Origin: Candidatus Coatesbacteria bacterium
Lineage (GTDB): Bacteria; RBG-13-66-14; B26-G2; JAUVZD01
DNA: 64,000 nt
Reading direction: 5' to 3'
Assembly: GCA_030602715.1 (NCBI GenBank)
Contig: JAUVZD010000001.1
Coordinates: 270,213-334,212 of the forward strand
The notes beneath the pieces are model-generated. The model had not been told where the DNA came from. It saw nothing but the letters and a program-made list of their open reading frames with translations, and made no database searches. Below are positions 27,657 through 37,228 of this stretch, one piece after another. A program made the translations under genes and the position numbers. Each line of letters starts with the position of its first letter. The first letter of the stretch is position 1.

Positions 27657-28640
27657 TTATTGTAAATAGGTTCCAAAGCCATATACCCTGTCTTTCCAGT
27701 AAGGAGCGTCAAATTTGGTGATGGTTACCCCGGCATCGGACGATTCCGCATGTATGAAGCTGTCCCCGCCGATGTAGATGCCCACATGGCTGGGACCGCT
27801 TGAGGTGGTGGAGAAGAAGACCAGATCCCCCGGTCTCAACAGGTCCCGGTTGATGTGGTTAGAGCCATCATACTGGTCATGACAACCCCGCAGAATGGAT
27901 ATTCCCACCTCACTGTAAACCTTCTGCACCAGCCCGGAGCAGTCCATCCCCTCCCGGCTCTGTCCACCATAAACATAGGGCACGCCCAGATAGCTTTTTG
28001 CCGATTCCACAATCTTCGCCCGAATTGTACCCGCAACCGCCCGGTCGTCCTTGACGGTTACATAAGAGGCGAGAATCCATCCCTCGGCGCCGTCGCTGGT
28101 GCGCACCGCAAGCCAGTCATCGGACGAGCCCAGAACCTGAATCTTGGTCCCCCGCTCAAGATAGGCGAGCGGAGCAGAATCCGCCGAGGGGTCGCCCATC
28201 AGGGGGAACTGACTCTGGGAATAATCCCCTTGGTCAGCGGGACTGTCCAGGGCTTCAATCTGCACCCTTATCTGTGAGGGGCTCCCGTCATATTTCTTGC
28301 GGTATATGCGATAGCGCACCTGACCTGAGCAGACCACAGCCAGCCGAGCCACCAGAGGGTTATACTTATACTGCCACAGGTTCAGCTCGGCGACCAGACC
28401 GCCCGACGCCAACTCCGTCACCTCGTCGGAAATAGTGGTGCCCAACATGTCAATATATATCGTGGGCGGGGATTCCTCGGTGCTAACCTTTATCCTCGGG
28501 GGATAAAGCTCGCTGGTGGAAATTACCAGCCAATCCCCCTCCAGGCTCACCCCGGTTATCTCTCCCCCTTCATCGCCTGCGGAGATGCCGACCCAAAGGT
28601 ATATAGAAAATAAAAAAATGGCTGTGAAAGAGATTCGCAA
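27657..28640 (-). CDS. NlpC/P60 (C40) cell-wall peptidase with N-terminal SH3-like domains
   Basis: GVPYVYGGQSREGMDCSGLVQKVY (catalytic Cys), GDLVFF, SHVGIYIGGDSFIHA (catalytic His); signal peptide. Confidence 0.85.
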   Translation of the reverse strand: MRISFTAIFLFSIYLWVGISAGDEGGEITGVSLEGDWLVISTSELYPPRIKVSTEESPPTIYIDMLGTTISDEVTELASGGLVAELNLWQYKYNPLVARLAVVCSGQVRYRIYRKKYDGSPSQIRVQIEALDSPADQGDYSQSQFPLMGDPSADSAPLAYLERGTKIQVLGSSDDWLAVRTSDGAEGWILASYVTVKDDRAVAGTIRAKIVESAKSYLGVPYVYGGQSREGMDCSGLVQKVYSEVGISILRGCHDQYDGSNHINRDLLRPGDLVFFSTTSSGPSHVGIYIGGDSFIHAESSDAGVTITKFDAPYWKDRVYGFGTYLQ

Positions 28641-28761
28641 CTTAAAGCTTTCCCCTCAGATATTTTAGCCATATTACGATTTTTCATATGGCAGGTCAAG
28701 GCTATATGATTTGGAGGTTCTACGCCAGACGGAGCCGATCATTGCGGATTATGTGATGACC

Positions 28762-28790
28762 TTGACACCCACTCAAGCATATGATACTCT
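28762..28790 (+). promoter_or_regulatory. Candidate promoter (TTGACA-17-TACTCT with extended-10 TG) for the 28.8-39.1 kb operon
   Basis: TTGACA 28762-28767; TGATACTCT 28782-28790; first gene starts at 28829 with RBS agaggagg. Confidence 0.35.
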
Positions 28791-28828
28791 TTTTATAAAC
28801 AGTTGAGCAAGAGGAGGAAAATCCGAAT

Positions 28829-30970
28829 ATGAGGCAAAGGTTAATCCCTTTTAAGGAAAAGGGACGTGTTCTCTTAATATCCGGCATAGCTATCATCATC
28901 CTGTTTACGATACTTGCCAACCGAACCTCATTCTGTGCCCAGATGCAAGGGGAACTCCTCTCCCACCTGCCGGACGGCGGATTTCTATACATTGACATCG
29001 TCTCCCTTCCTAAGATGATTATCACCACCCTGGAACAGCCCCACATGATAATACTGCAGGAGGAGAGCGGCGATGAGAGCATCACCGAGTTGATAGACGC
29101 CGCCCTGGACGAAGTCCTCCCCGGGCTTTCTCTGGAGAAGCTATTGCTCCTCTTCCCCGCTGAGTTCTCCTGTGGGGCTTACTACGAAGAAGAGGATTTC
29201 CAATTTATAGTTGCGGTAGATATTGTAAGTGGTGATGAATTCAACCCCCTCCTCAAGCGGTTTCTGGCACTTGGAGAAGAGAAGGGGGGTATCAAAGTAA
29301 AAGAGAAGACCAAAGGTGATTTCCTCTTCTATGAGCTGAAGGGAGATGCAAATGTGGTATATCTTGCCTTTGACGACTCCGTTCTGCTGGTAAGCACAAC
29401 CAAGGAGATGGTTGAAGGAGCGATGAAAAACTTCGCCGAAGCCAAGACCCCCCTAAACGACAATTCCGCCCTGACCAGCGCAAGAGAAAATCTCTCCGAT
29501 GGGGCTGACTATTATCTCCTCTGCGACGGGCAAAAGCTGAGTGAGCTGATATTGGGAAAATTCCCTTCCGAGGAGGAAGGGGGCGAGGTGGAAGAAGCCC
29601 TCCTGTCCGGCCTGACGGAATGGCTGAACACCTTCCTGCAAGACCTGAGATGTATCTCCCTGAGCTTCCGCTTCCCTCCCCAGGAAGCCTCCGCAGTTGA
29701 CCTGCTCACCCCCAGCGACGAGGTTTTCCTCCAGCTCCAGCCCGGCTCGGAAACCGCCGCCCAATTCGGAATGTTGCAGGGGAAAGACCGTCCCAAATGG
29801 ACGCCGCAAGTTGTCCCCGGCGAGACGGTGATGTTATCGTGCAGCACCGGCGAGGAGACTATCACCCCAAAATCCCAAAATTACCTCTCCTATCTCCTCT
29901 CCTTCCTCCCCTTCCCCCGAAGCGAAGCGGAGCTGATGAACGAGGTCCTTGAGCTGCTCCCCACCCCGCCGGAGCTCGCCTTTCTCTCGGATGAGGACCT
30001 GACCGCCGGTCTGGGGCAGGAGACAGCCACCGCCTATATGCCCGGTCCTGACCCATTAAGCTATCTGTTCTCGTTGACCGACAAAGCAGAAGCCAACAGG
30101 TTCTCCCTGCTCCTCTACTCGTTGAAGGAGCCGGGGGACTTTGAAGGGAAGTATCTTGCCCATCTGAACCAGTCGGAACTGGTGGAGGTGGAGACCGTCC
30201 CCTACCTGGGGAAAAATATCTACCACCTGACCCCCACCGAGTCGGCTTATAGGATAAACGAGGAGGCGGTTACCGACTGGATTAACAAGATAATGGGGGA
30301 GATGGGCACAGGCCTCTTTGAGAGGGACGAATGGGACGTGTCGGAGAAGGAGTTCGGCTGGAATATATATGGACAAATAAGTGAGCTGTTCCCCATCATG
30401 GAATCCTATGTCTTCTTCCTCTCGGACTTTATGGTTATAGCCTACGACCCCGATGTCGCCCAGAAGACCATCGCCCACTACATGGAAGGCGATGTCCTGG
30501 CTCAGAACCCCCAGTTTCAGAGATACCTGGCTCATGTTGATGAGGATAACTATTCCCTCTTCTATGTCTCCACCTTCTTCCCCCCAGAGCGCTACGACCT
30601 TCCCGACGACGAAGACCTGGAACAGATGACCACCATGAAAGAAAAACAGACCAAGCCGATAGATGACGACGGTGATGAGGCGCCCTTCACCGAAGGCTAT
30701 CAGTTTTCCTATCAACACCAGCCGACTGAGCTCACCGAAATATGGCAGATGTATTCCGGTGAAGGCTTCATCATCAGCACCACTCTGGGAGCAAACTCTC
30801 TAAAGATAGAGGGTTACCCCAAAGCCTTTGAGAAGCTCTTCATGTCCATCCTCCTCTCAGCCTTCTTCGCCGTCTCTGAGCTGGACGCTTTTGAGTTTGA
30901 CATTGAAGAGAGCGAGGAATATGTCATTGAAGATGAACTCCCTCCAACAAATCCCCTCCACGAAGAATAG
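28829..30970 (+). CDS. Hypothetical membrane-anchored acidic protein (first gene of operon)
   Basis: 713 aa; single N-terminal TM (VLLISGIAIIILFTILA); very acidic C-terminal third; no catalytic motif recognised. Confidence 0.5.
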   Translation: MRQRLIPFKEKGRVLLISGIAIIILFTILANRTSFCAQMQGELLSHLPDGGFLYIDIVSLPKMIITTLEQPHMIILQEESGDESITELIDAALDEVLPGLSLEKLLLLFPAEFSCGAYYEEEDFQFIVAVDIVSGDEFNPLLKRFLALGEEKGGIKVKEKTKGDFLFYELKGDANVVYLAFDDSVLLVSTTKEMVEGAMKNFAEAKTPLNDNSALTSARENLSDGADYYLLCDGQKLSELILGKFPSEEEGGEVEEALLSGLTEWLNTFLQDLRCISLSFRFPPQEASAVDLLTPSDEVFLQLQPGSETAAQFGMLQGKDRPKWTPQVVPGETVMLSCSTGEETITPKSQNYLSYLLSFLPFPRSEAELMNEVLELLPTPPELAFLSDEDLTAGLGQETATAYMPGPDPLSYLFSLTDKAEANRFSLLLYSLKEPGDFEGKYLAHLNQSELVEVETVPYLGKNIYHLTPTESAYRINEEAVTDWINKIMGEMGTGLFERDEWDVSEKEFGWNIYGQISELFPIMESYVFFLSDFMVIAYDPDVAQKTIAHYMEGDVLAQNPQFQRYLAHVDEDNYSLFYVSTFFPPERYDLPDDEDLEQMTTMKEKQTKPIDDDGDEAPFTEGYQFSYQHQPTELTEIWQMYSGEGFIISTTLGANSLKIEGYPKAFEKLFMSILLSAFFAVSELDAFEFDIEESEEYVIEDELPPTNPLHEE

Positions 30971-31381
30971 ATGAGAGGAATCGCTAAAAAGATGAAGAGT
31001 GCTATAATAATAATCTTCTCCCTCCTGCTGGTTCCCGCAACCATCTGGGGACAGGAGATGGTGATAGATACATTTTACGCTTATCCCAATCCCTTCTCCT
31101 GCGAAGACATCCTGAATATAGTGCTGAAATTCACCGGTCAGCCCCACACAGTTTCTGCAACCCTGCAGGTATTTGACCAGGTTGGTGACCTGGTAACCAC
31201 AATAGCCGAGGACCGGCAGGTTACTTCCAATACAAAAGTAAGAATCACCTGGGATGGATTGGACGAGAACGGCGAACGACCCAATCCGGGGGGCTACTTC
31301 ATCCGACTGCAAATGGAAGCTGACACCGGGGAGAGGATAAGTGAGATCTACAAGGTGGTATATTTAGAGGTCAGCAAATGA
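30971..31381 (+). CDS. Small secreted protein consisting only of a FlgD-Ig-like / T9SS C-terminal-sorting-domain-like module
   Basis: Signal peptide, then YAYPNPFS..VLKF.....VSATLQVFDQVGDLVTTI......VRITWDGLDENGERPNPGGYFIRL, matching the YPNPF...vyD..G..V...W.G.d..G....sGvYfyrL pattern of Por_Secre_tail/FlgD Ig-like domains. Starts 1 nt after the upstream stop. Confidence 0.65.
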   Translation: MRGIAKKMKSAIIIIFSLLLVPATIWGQEMVIDTFYAYPNPFSCEDILNIVLKFTGQPHTVSATLQVFDQVGDLVTTIAEDRQVTSNTKVRITWDGLDENGERPNPGGYFIRLQMEADTGERISEIYKVVYLEVSK

Positions 31382-33060
31382 AGCCCCAATCCACAATAAC
31401 CCTCCTCCTCCTGTGTATCAGCTTGGCGCTCCCCTCACAGTCATCCGCTTATGTGGGCGGGCAAAGCGACCTATTCTACGGCGCTAGTGGGGGGCGCCCC
31501 ACCGCCATGGGCGGTGCCTACATCGCCCTCTCCGACGACAGCGTGGGCTTCAATTATAATCCTGCGGGGATAGCCTTCATCACCCAACATCATATAAACT
31601 TTTCCTACTCACTGCGCTTCACGGAGGGAAGTGATTTTCAGGAGTTCTCCTATGCCGGACCGATACCACCCATAATCAACCTGGGCGCATCTCTGGAGAG
31701 GCTTTCCTTCGGGGAGGTGGAGTGGCGCAATCCCGGTGGTAAGCTGGTGGGAAGTTACACCAGCTCAAATATCCGTTTCTCCTTCGGCGGGGCAAGGGCG
31801 TTTTTTGGCATCTTCTCCCTGGGTGGAAAGGTCTCCTACGAGAAATTTAGTGCCGCAGATCAGGAAGATTCACACCCGGACATCAGTATAGGCTTCCAGT
31901 TGCGCCCCGGGGCAGACCCGGAGGAGGGCAGAAGGGGAAACTTCTGCCTGGCTGGCGTCCTTTACGGCACCAACCCCCTGCAGGGGAGCTTCGGCGCCTC
32001 CTTCACTTATGATATAGCAACCCTCAGCGGTCAGGTGGACGCCATCACCGAAGGAATTTATCACCTCCGCTTCGGCGGGGAGCTCTCACTCATAGATTCC
32101 TTTGCCATCCGTGCTGGGTTGGACGACTCAAGTCCCACCTTCGGTATAGGCGTGAAGGCAGGCGGTATCTCCATTGATTACTCCTACGCTTACAAGGAGC
32201 TGGGGACCATTCACACCGCAACGCTGGGTTTCGTCTTCGGTCCTGACCTAACCAGTATCGCCCTCAGGAAGAAACGGATTAAACTGTTGTTGCAGGAGGG
32301 GAAATACCATCTGCAAGTGAAAAATTATACCCTGGCAATAGAGCGCTTTGAGAACGTCCTCTCCTGGGATGAGGAGAACTACGAAGCCAGGGAGCTGTTG
32401 CAGAAAGCCCGTTTGGAGATGCTCCTTGAGGAGAGAGGGGGACTTCTGGAAGCCGGGGAGTATGAGCGGGCTCTGGAGCTCCTCCATCAGGCGAAAGACC
32501 TGGACCCGCAGAACAAGCGCATAGACGGTCACATTGAGGCAACGCTGGAGGCTATCCGCAAACGGGAGTGGGCATACATTGAGCAAGAACATATCTGGGA
32601 GCTTTACGCACAAGCCAGTGAACAGGTCAGAAAGCTCAACCTGTATAGAGCGGTTGGAATTTTAGAGGAGATACTTGAGCTTGACCCCGACAACTCATTC
32701 ATCAAAGACCGCTTAAAGGAAGTGCGGCTGAAGATTACGCCAGTCGCTGTAGTGCCCACGGTGGAGATTACCGCAGACATAATCTCCACCTATGAAGCGG
32801 GAGTGGCGGCGATAGACTCCGGTCGGCTGAACGAAGGCATAAGCCTTCTGGAGGGGGTATATTCCCAGGTGGGCGGATATGAGAGCACGGTCAGCAAACT
32901 CAACGACGGCTACTTCTATCTGGGCATGGACAGCTACAGCCGAGGTCGCCTGAGGGAGGCTATCGGCTACTGGCAGAGGATTCTGGCTCTGGACCCGGGG
33001 GACGCCCAGGCAACTAAACTGATAGACAAAGCCCAGAAGGAATTAGCGGGGATGGAATAG
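31378..33060 (+). CDS. Putative outer-membrane beta-barrel-like protein (FadL/PorV-like N-terminal motif) fused to C-terminal TPR-like repeats
   Basis: Signal peptide; N-terminal half Gly/aromatic-rich with GGRPTAMGGAYIALSDDSVGFNYNPAGIAF (FadL/OMPP1-type motif); C-terminal ~250 aa helical repeats (LDPQN, LDPDN, LDPGD periodicity). ATGA overlap with the upstream gene. Confidence 0.45.
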   Translation: MKPQSTITLLLLCISLALPSQSSAYVGGQSDLFYGASGGRPTAMGGAYIALSDDSVGFNYNPAGIAFITQHHINFSYSLRFTEGSDFQEFSYAGPIPPIINLGASLERLSFGEVEWRNPGGKLVGSYTSSNIRFSFGGARAFFGIFSLGGKVSYEKFSAADQEDSHPDISIGFQLRPGADPEEGRRGNFCLAGVLYGTNPLQGSFGASFTYDIATLSGQVDAITEGIYHLRFGGELSLIDSFAIRAGLDDSSPTFGIGVKAGGISIDYSYAYKELGTIHTATLGFVFGPDLTSIALRKKRIKLLLQEGKYHLQVKNYTLAIERFENVLSWDEENYEARELLQKARLEMLLEERGGLLEAGEYERALELLHQAKDLDPQNKRIDGHIEATLEAIRKREWAYIEQEHIWELYAQASEQVRKLNLYRAVGILEEILELDPDNSFIKDRLKEVRLKITPVAVVPTVEITADIISTYEAGVAAIDSGRLNEGISLLEGVYSQVGGYESTVSKLNDGYFYLGMDSYSRGRLREAIGYWQRILALDPGDAQATKLIDKAQKELAGME

Positions 33061-33063
33061 AAG

Positions 33064-34656
33064 ATGGCGGAGCCGAAAAATACAATCGCTTTGGTGAACG
33101 AGAAAGATAAGCCCAAAGAACGCTATATTTCTCTACGCTTACAGATTGCCGCCGCAACCGTCTTGCTAATAGTGGCGACAACCATCACTCTGGGCACTTT
33201 CTCCCTGCGCCATGAACGCCAAGCACTCCACCGCGAGTTCATCGCCCGCATTCTTGCCCAGACCCGCTCAGTGGCGGGGACCAGCTCCGGCTCCATTCTG
33301 CTGGATATAGCGGAAACATATACCCAGCCCCTTGCCCTCAGTACTCTGGAGGAGAACGAGGATTGCATTGATATCACCATCGTGAACAAGGAGAATATTA
33401 TCTACGGGGCAAAAGAGACTTTTCTTCTGGGCAAACCCTACCAACCGGAGCAGGACCTGGCTGCTATTGGGGGGGATTTCGGACAACTCAGCGGTGAGAC
33501 CGTCGCCGAGAAAGGAGACCTGATATATATCAGTGTCCCCATAAGAAAGGGGGAGATGGGAACGATAGGTTACGTCTATGCTTCCTACAGCAGTGCCAAC
33601 CTAACCCATATGCTCACCCTGGCCCGAAACAACCTGATAATTATCTCCCTGATCGTCCTGGTGGTGGGAATATTCGCCGCTTATTTTGTCTCCATGATGC
33701 TGGTAAGTCCGGTGCGCAAGCTGGCAAATGCCGCCCGCCAGGTGGGGATGGGAAACTTTGATGTTACCGTGGAGGCAAAAACACGCAACGAACTGGGGCA
33801 GTTAGCGAACACCTTCAACCGTATGGCAGAGAGTCTGAAAGAAGCCCAGAAGATGATTTTGGAGAAGAACCGCATGGAGCAGGAGCTGACCATCGCCCGC
33901 CAACTGCAGAAGAGCTTCCTGCCCAGCATATTCCCCCACTTGCAGGGGGTGGATATCTATGCCCGTTGCCGCACCGCTCAGGCGGTAGGCGGAGACTACT
34001 ACGATTTCCTGGAGCTGGATGAGGACAACATCGGGCTATTGATAGCGGATATCTCCGGCAAGGGTTTATCCGGTCTCATAATCATGAGCATGGTGCGCAA
34101 TGTTCTCCGCTCGCAAGCCCGCAGGTATCAGTCGCCACGTCGGGCGTTGATAGAGACCAACACCCTGCTCACCCCGGACTTTCAAAAGGGGCGCTTCGTC
34201 ACCGCCTTCCTGGGGACCTACCACCGCCCCACCCGACTGCTCACCTACGCCAATGCCGGACACACTCCCCTGCTCTACTACCGTGCCGATGACAACATCG
34301 TTGCCATGCTGGAGAAATCGGGGCGACCTATAGGTCTCTTCTCCAGCGAGGTCTTTGAAGAGCGCCTGGAGGAAGGACAGCTGGAGCTTTCGGAGAACGA
34401 CCTCATCTTACTCTTCACCGACGGGATAACCGAGGCGATTAACAACGCCGGTCAACTATACGGCGAAAGCCGTCTATTGAAGCTCATCCCCCACCTCAAG
34501 GACCTTGATGCAAAAAGCATAGTGGAGGAGGTCTTCAACAATGTACACCGCTTCCGGGGCAAAGGCGGCACCTTAAGCGACGACATAACTATTATGGTTA
34601 TGAGAACCACAGCCCAAAGTGAGCTGGAAAAGCTCTATACAGCCCAGGAGATATAA
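33064..34656 (+). CDS. Membrane sensor PP2C phosphatase (two TM + periplasmic domain + HAMP + SpoIIE/RsbU-type PP2C)
   Basis: TM1 AAATVLLIVATTITLGTF, TM2 LIIISLIVLVVGIFAAYFV; HAMP (SPVRKLANAARQVGMGNFDVTVEAKTRNELGQLANTFNRMAESL); PP2C motifs VGGDYYDF, LLIADISGKGLSG, FTDGITEA. Confidence 0.85.
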   Translation: MAEPKNTIALVNEKDKPKERYISLRLQIAAATVLLIVATTITLGTFSLRHERQALHREFIARILAQTRSVAGTSSGSILLDIAETYTQPLALSTLEENEDCIDITIVNKENIIYGAKETFLLGKPYQPEQDLAAIGGDFGQLSGETVAEKGDLIYISVPIRKGEMGTIGYVYASYSSANLTHMLTLARNNLIIISLIVLVVGIFAAYFVSMMLVSPVRKLANAARQVGMGNFDVTVEAKTRNELGQLANTFNRMAESLKEAQKMILEKNRMEQELTIARQLQKSFLPSIFPHLQGVDIYARCRTAQAVGGDYYDFLELDEDNIGLLIADISGKGLSGLIIMSMVRNVLRSQARRYQSPRRALIETNTLLTPDFQKGRFVTAFLGTYHRPTRLLTYANAGHTPLLYYRADDNIVAMLEKSGRPIGLFSSEVFEERLEEGQLELSENDLILLFTDGITEAINNAGQLYGESRLLKLIPHLKDLDAKSIVEEVFNNVHRFRGKGGTLSDDITIMVMRTTAQSELEKLYTAQEI

Positions 34657-34680
34657 AAGCATATGCGGAGGATATAGTAA

Positions 34681-35148
34681 ATGCCAAGGGACAATAAGAA
34701 TATTCAGGAATACTCAATTCGGATAGGAAGCAACCCCAAATCGCTGGGACATGCCCGAGACTTCGTGATTCAATTGCTAAAAGAAAGCGGTTTTTCCAAC
34801 GACGAGATAAGCATTCTGGAGCTGGTGACCTATGAGGCTTGTGCCAACTCCATAGAACACGCTTACAGCAATCAACCGGATTTCTATGTAGATTTGAATA
34901 TCCAGATTCGCGGGCGGGAGGTGTTCATCAAAATTGAGGATAGCGGTCAGGAATTCCAACCCGGGGATATCCACCCGCTGGACATCGGCGATCGCATAGA
35001 CCGCCGTGCCAGCAGGGGTATGGGCTTGCCGTTGATGAAGACTTTGATGGATGAGGTGACAATTGAACGCACATTTGACAACCATAATCGCATTACCATG
35101 AGAAAGGATTTCTCCAAAAAAAAGAAAGCGCCTAAAGGAAAAACTTAG
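34681..35148 (+). CDS. RsbW/SpoIIAB-like anti-sigma regulatory factor (GHKL serine kinase)
   Basis: N-box LVTYEACANSIEHAY, G-box RGMGLPLMKTLMDEV; 155 aa; 24 nt after the phosphatase gene. Confidence 0.85.
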   Translation: MPRDNKNIQEYSIRIGSNPKSLGHARDFVIQLLKESGFSNDEISILELVTYEACANSIEHAYSNQPDFYVDLNIQIRGREVFIKIEDSGQEFQPGDIHPLDIGDRIDRRASRGMGLPLMKTLMDEVTIERTFDNHNRITMRKDFSKKKKAPKGKT

Positions 35149-35156
35149 GAGGAATA

Positions 35157-37160
35157 GTGAGAGAGCTGGATATATCTCTGAGTAAAAAAACGGAAGAGGG
35201 AATCTACACCTTTAAGCTGGCCGGGAGTTTGGGGGTAGAGGGCTCCCGGGGACTGACGAAATTGTTTGACGCCTGCCTTAAGGAGAAAGTCTATAGCATT
35301 ATCATTGACCTCTCCCAGGTTGATTTCATCTCCAGCGCCGGGATGGGGGTATTCCTCTCCGTTGTCGGTGAACTGAGAGAACACAATGGGGATATTATCT
35401 TCATGGCTATGCCCGATAAAATCAGAAAGATATTCTCCTCCCTGGATGTTCTGGACTACTTTGAAAACTATAAGAGCGAGGATAAAGCCAGAACCGCTCT
35501 AAGGAAGAAGGGGAAAAAGACAACCGGGGAGTTAGCAAAAACAAAGAAAGCTTTAAGCAAATTAGACCATTTGCAGTTCATCTCCGAATCTACCAAAAGT
35601 ATCTCCCTGGAGAAGAAAAGCGTTCTGGTCATCCCCTCCATCATGGAATCGCTGATGAGCCACCTGGATGTGGAAGATTTACTCTTTGTACCCATCTCCA
35701 TACCACTGCGCCAGGAGTTTGACTTCATCAGTCTGGGCCGGGGCAATCTGCGGGAGATAACCGTGGAGGAGACCCAGCAGTTAAGCTCTCTTTTAAAAAA
35801 CTACCAGGCGCCGGTTCAGCTGTCCGAACTACCCGATGTCTATGAGGATATCTATGTAAAGCTGGCTCGTACCGGCTGTGAATTGGTAGTGCCCATCTTC
35901 TCCGAGGAGATCCTCTCCTCCCTGCTCTTTTTAGGGCAAAGGGGGTTGGGAGCCCGCTATCAAAAAGAAGACATGCTCATGCTCCAAACCATAGCCGGAA
36001 TGCTCGGCTCCGCCATTCAAAACCATCGTCTGCAGAAGCGCCTGGATGATGCAGTCTCCTCCGAAGAGCTGGAGAACGCCCATGTTCGCCTGGAGAGGAA
36101 GGTGCAAGAACTGGAGACCTTGTTCATCGTCAGCCAACAACTGGGCAGTTCCATGGAAGTTGATGAACTGCTCAACAACTTCCTGGTGGTAACTGTGGGG
36201 CAGATGGGCACCAACAAAGGGCTTATCTTCCTCACCGACGAGGGGGATTACAATCTGACCTGCAAAGCCTTCAAGGGTCAATTCGCCCGCATTCCCTTGG
36301 ATGTCACCCTCCCCATAGACGGCAAGCTGGTCCAGTTGGTATCAAGCGCAAATCACCCCATTAAGGCGCACGACAAAGATGTCTTCAACAAGTTGAGTTC
36401 CGACGAGCGTAAGTTCATCACCGACAACGACATCTCCCTTCTGGGAGCCATCAAATATAAAGGCGAGCTTCGGGGCTTGAACGCTGTAGGTTCCAAGGTG
36501 AGCAAGAAGGAGTATACTACCGAGGATTTTGACCTCTTCTCCATCCTCAATTTCCAGGCAGCCACCGCCCTGGAGAATGTCAAACTCTTTGACAAGCTGA
36601 AAAATGTTTACAGCGGGGTGATGAGGGCTCTGGTGACCGCACTGGAAGCGAAAGACCCCCACTACAAGGGACATACCGAACGGGTCACCCGCCTATCCGC
36701 CCAGATGGGGGAAAAGTTGGGTTTCAATAATGAGAGACTGCGCAACCTCATCTTCGGCGCTGTATTGCACGATATCGGTAGAGTGGGGGTGCGGGAGTCC
36801 ATCCTCAATAAGGTTGAACCCCTGACCGAAGAGGAGAAGGAGGAACTCATGCGCCATCCGGTCATCGGCACGGAGATACTCAAGGAGGTTGAATTCTTCA
36901 AGGGTTCATTGGCTATAGTCCGCAACCATCACGAGAACTACGACGGTAGCGGCTATCCCGATGGTCTCGCCGGTGAATCCATCCCCATTGAAGTGCGCAT
37001 CGTGACCCTAGCCAACGCCTACGAGGCGATGACCTCCACCCGCCGTTATCGGGGCGCATTGACCAATAAAGAGGCTATAGAGGAGATCCGCAGAAATGCA
37101 GGCACCCAGTTTGACCCCAACCTGGCAAAAATCTTCATCAACCTGATATCCAGCAAGTAA
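35157..37160 (+). CDS. STAS (anti-sigma-antagonist-like) - GAF - HD-GYP fusion protein (putative phosphorylation-controlled c-di-GMP phosphodiesterase)
   Basis: N-terminal STAS with phospho-acceptor context IIIDLSQVDFISSAGMGVF; central GAF-like region; C-terminal HD-GYP with KDPHYKGHTERV, LHDIGRVGV (HD) and HHENYDGSGYPDGL (GYP). Confidence 0.85.
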   Translation: MRELDISLSKKTEEGIYTFKLAGSLGVEGSRGLTKLFDACLKEKVYSIIIDLSQVDFISSAGMGVFLSVVGELREHNGDIIFMAMPDKIRKIFSSLDVLDYFENYKSEDKARTALRKKGKKTTGELAKTKKALSKLDHLQFISESTKSISLEKKSVLVIPSIMESLMSHLDVEDLLFVPISIPLRQEFDFISLGRGNLREITVEETQQLSSLLKNYQAPVQLSELPDVYEDIYVKLARTGCELVVPIFSEEILSSLLFLGQRGLGARYQKEDMLMLQTIAGMLGSAIQNHRLQKRLDDAVSSEELENAHVRLERKVQELETLFIVSQQLGSSMEVDELLNNFLVVTVGQMGTNKGLIFLTDEGDYNLTCKAFKGQFARIPLDVTLPIDGKLVQLVSSANHPIKAHDKDVFNKLSSDERKFITDNDISLLGAIKYKGELRGLNAVGSKVSKKEYTTEDFDLFSILNFQAATALENVKLFDKLKNVYSGVMRALVTALEAKDPHYKGHTERVTRLSAQMGEKLGFNNERLRNLIFGAVLHDIGRVGVRESILNKVEPLTEEEKEELMRHPVIGTEILKEVEFFKGSLAIVRNHHENYDGSGYPDGLAGESIPIEVRIVTLANAYEAMTSTRRYRGALTNKEAIEEIRRNAGTQFDPNLAKIFINLISSK

Positions 37161-37228
37161 TCCATCAATTCAGAGTATTGTTGGATAAAAGATAAATCTC
37201 ACCTCAATTCTTTTAAAGGGAGAAATAG

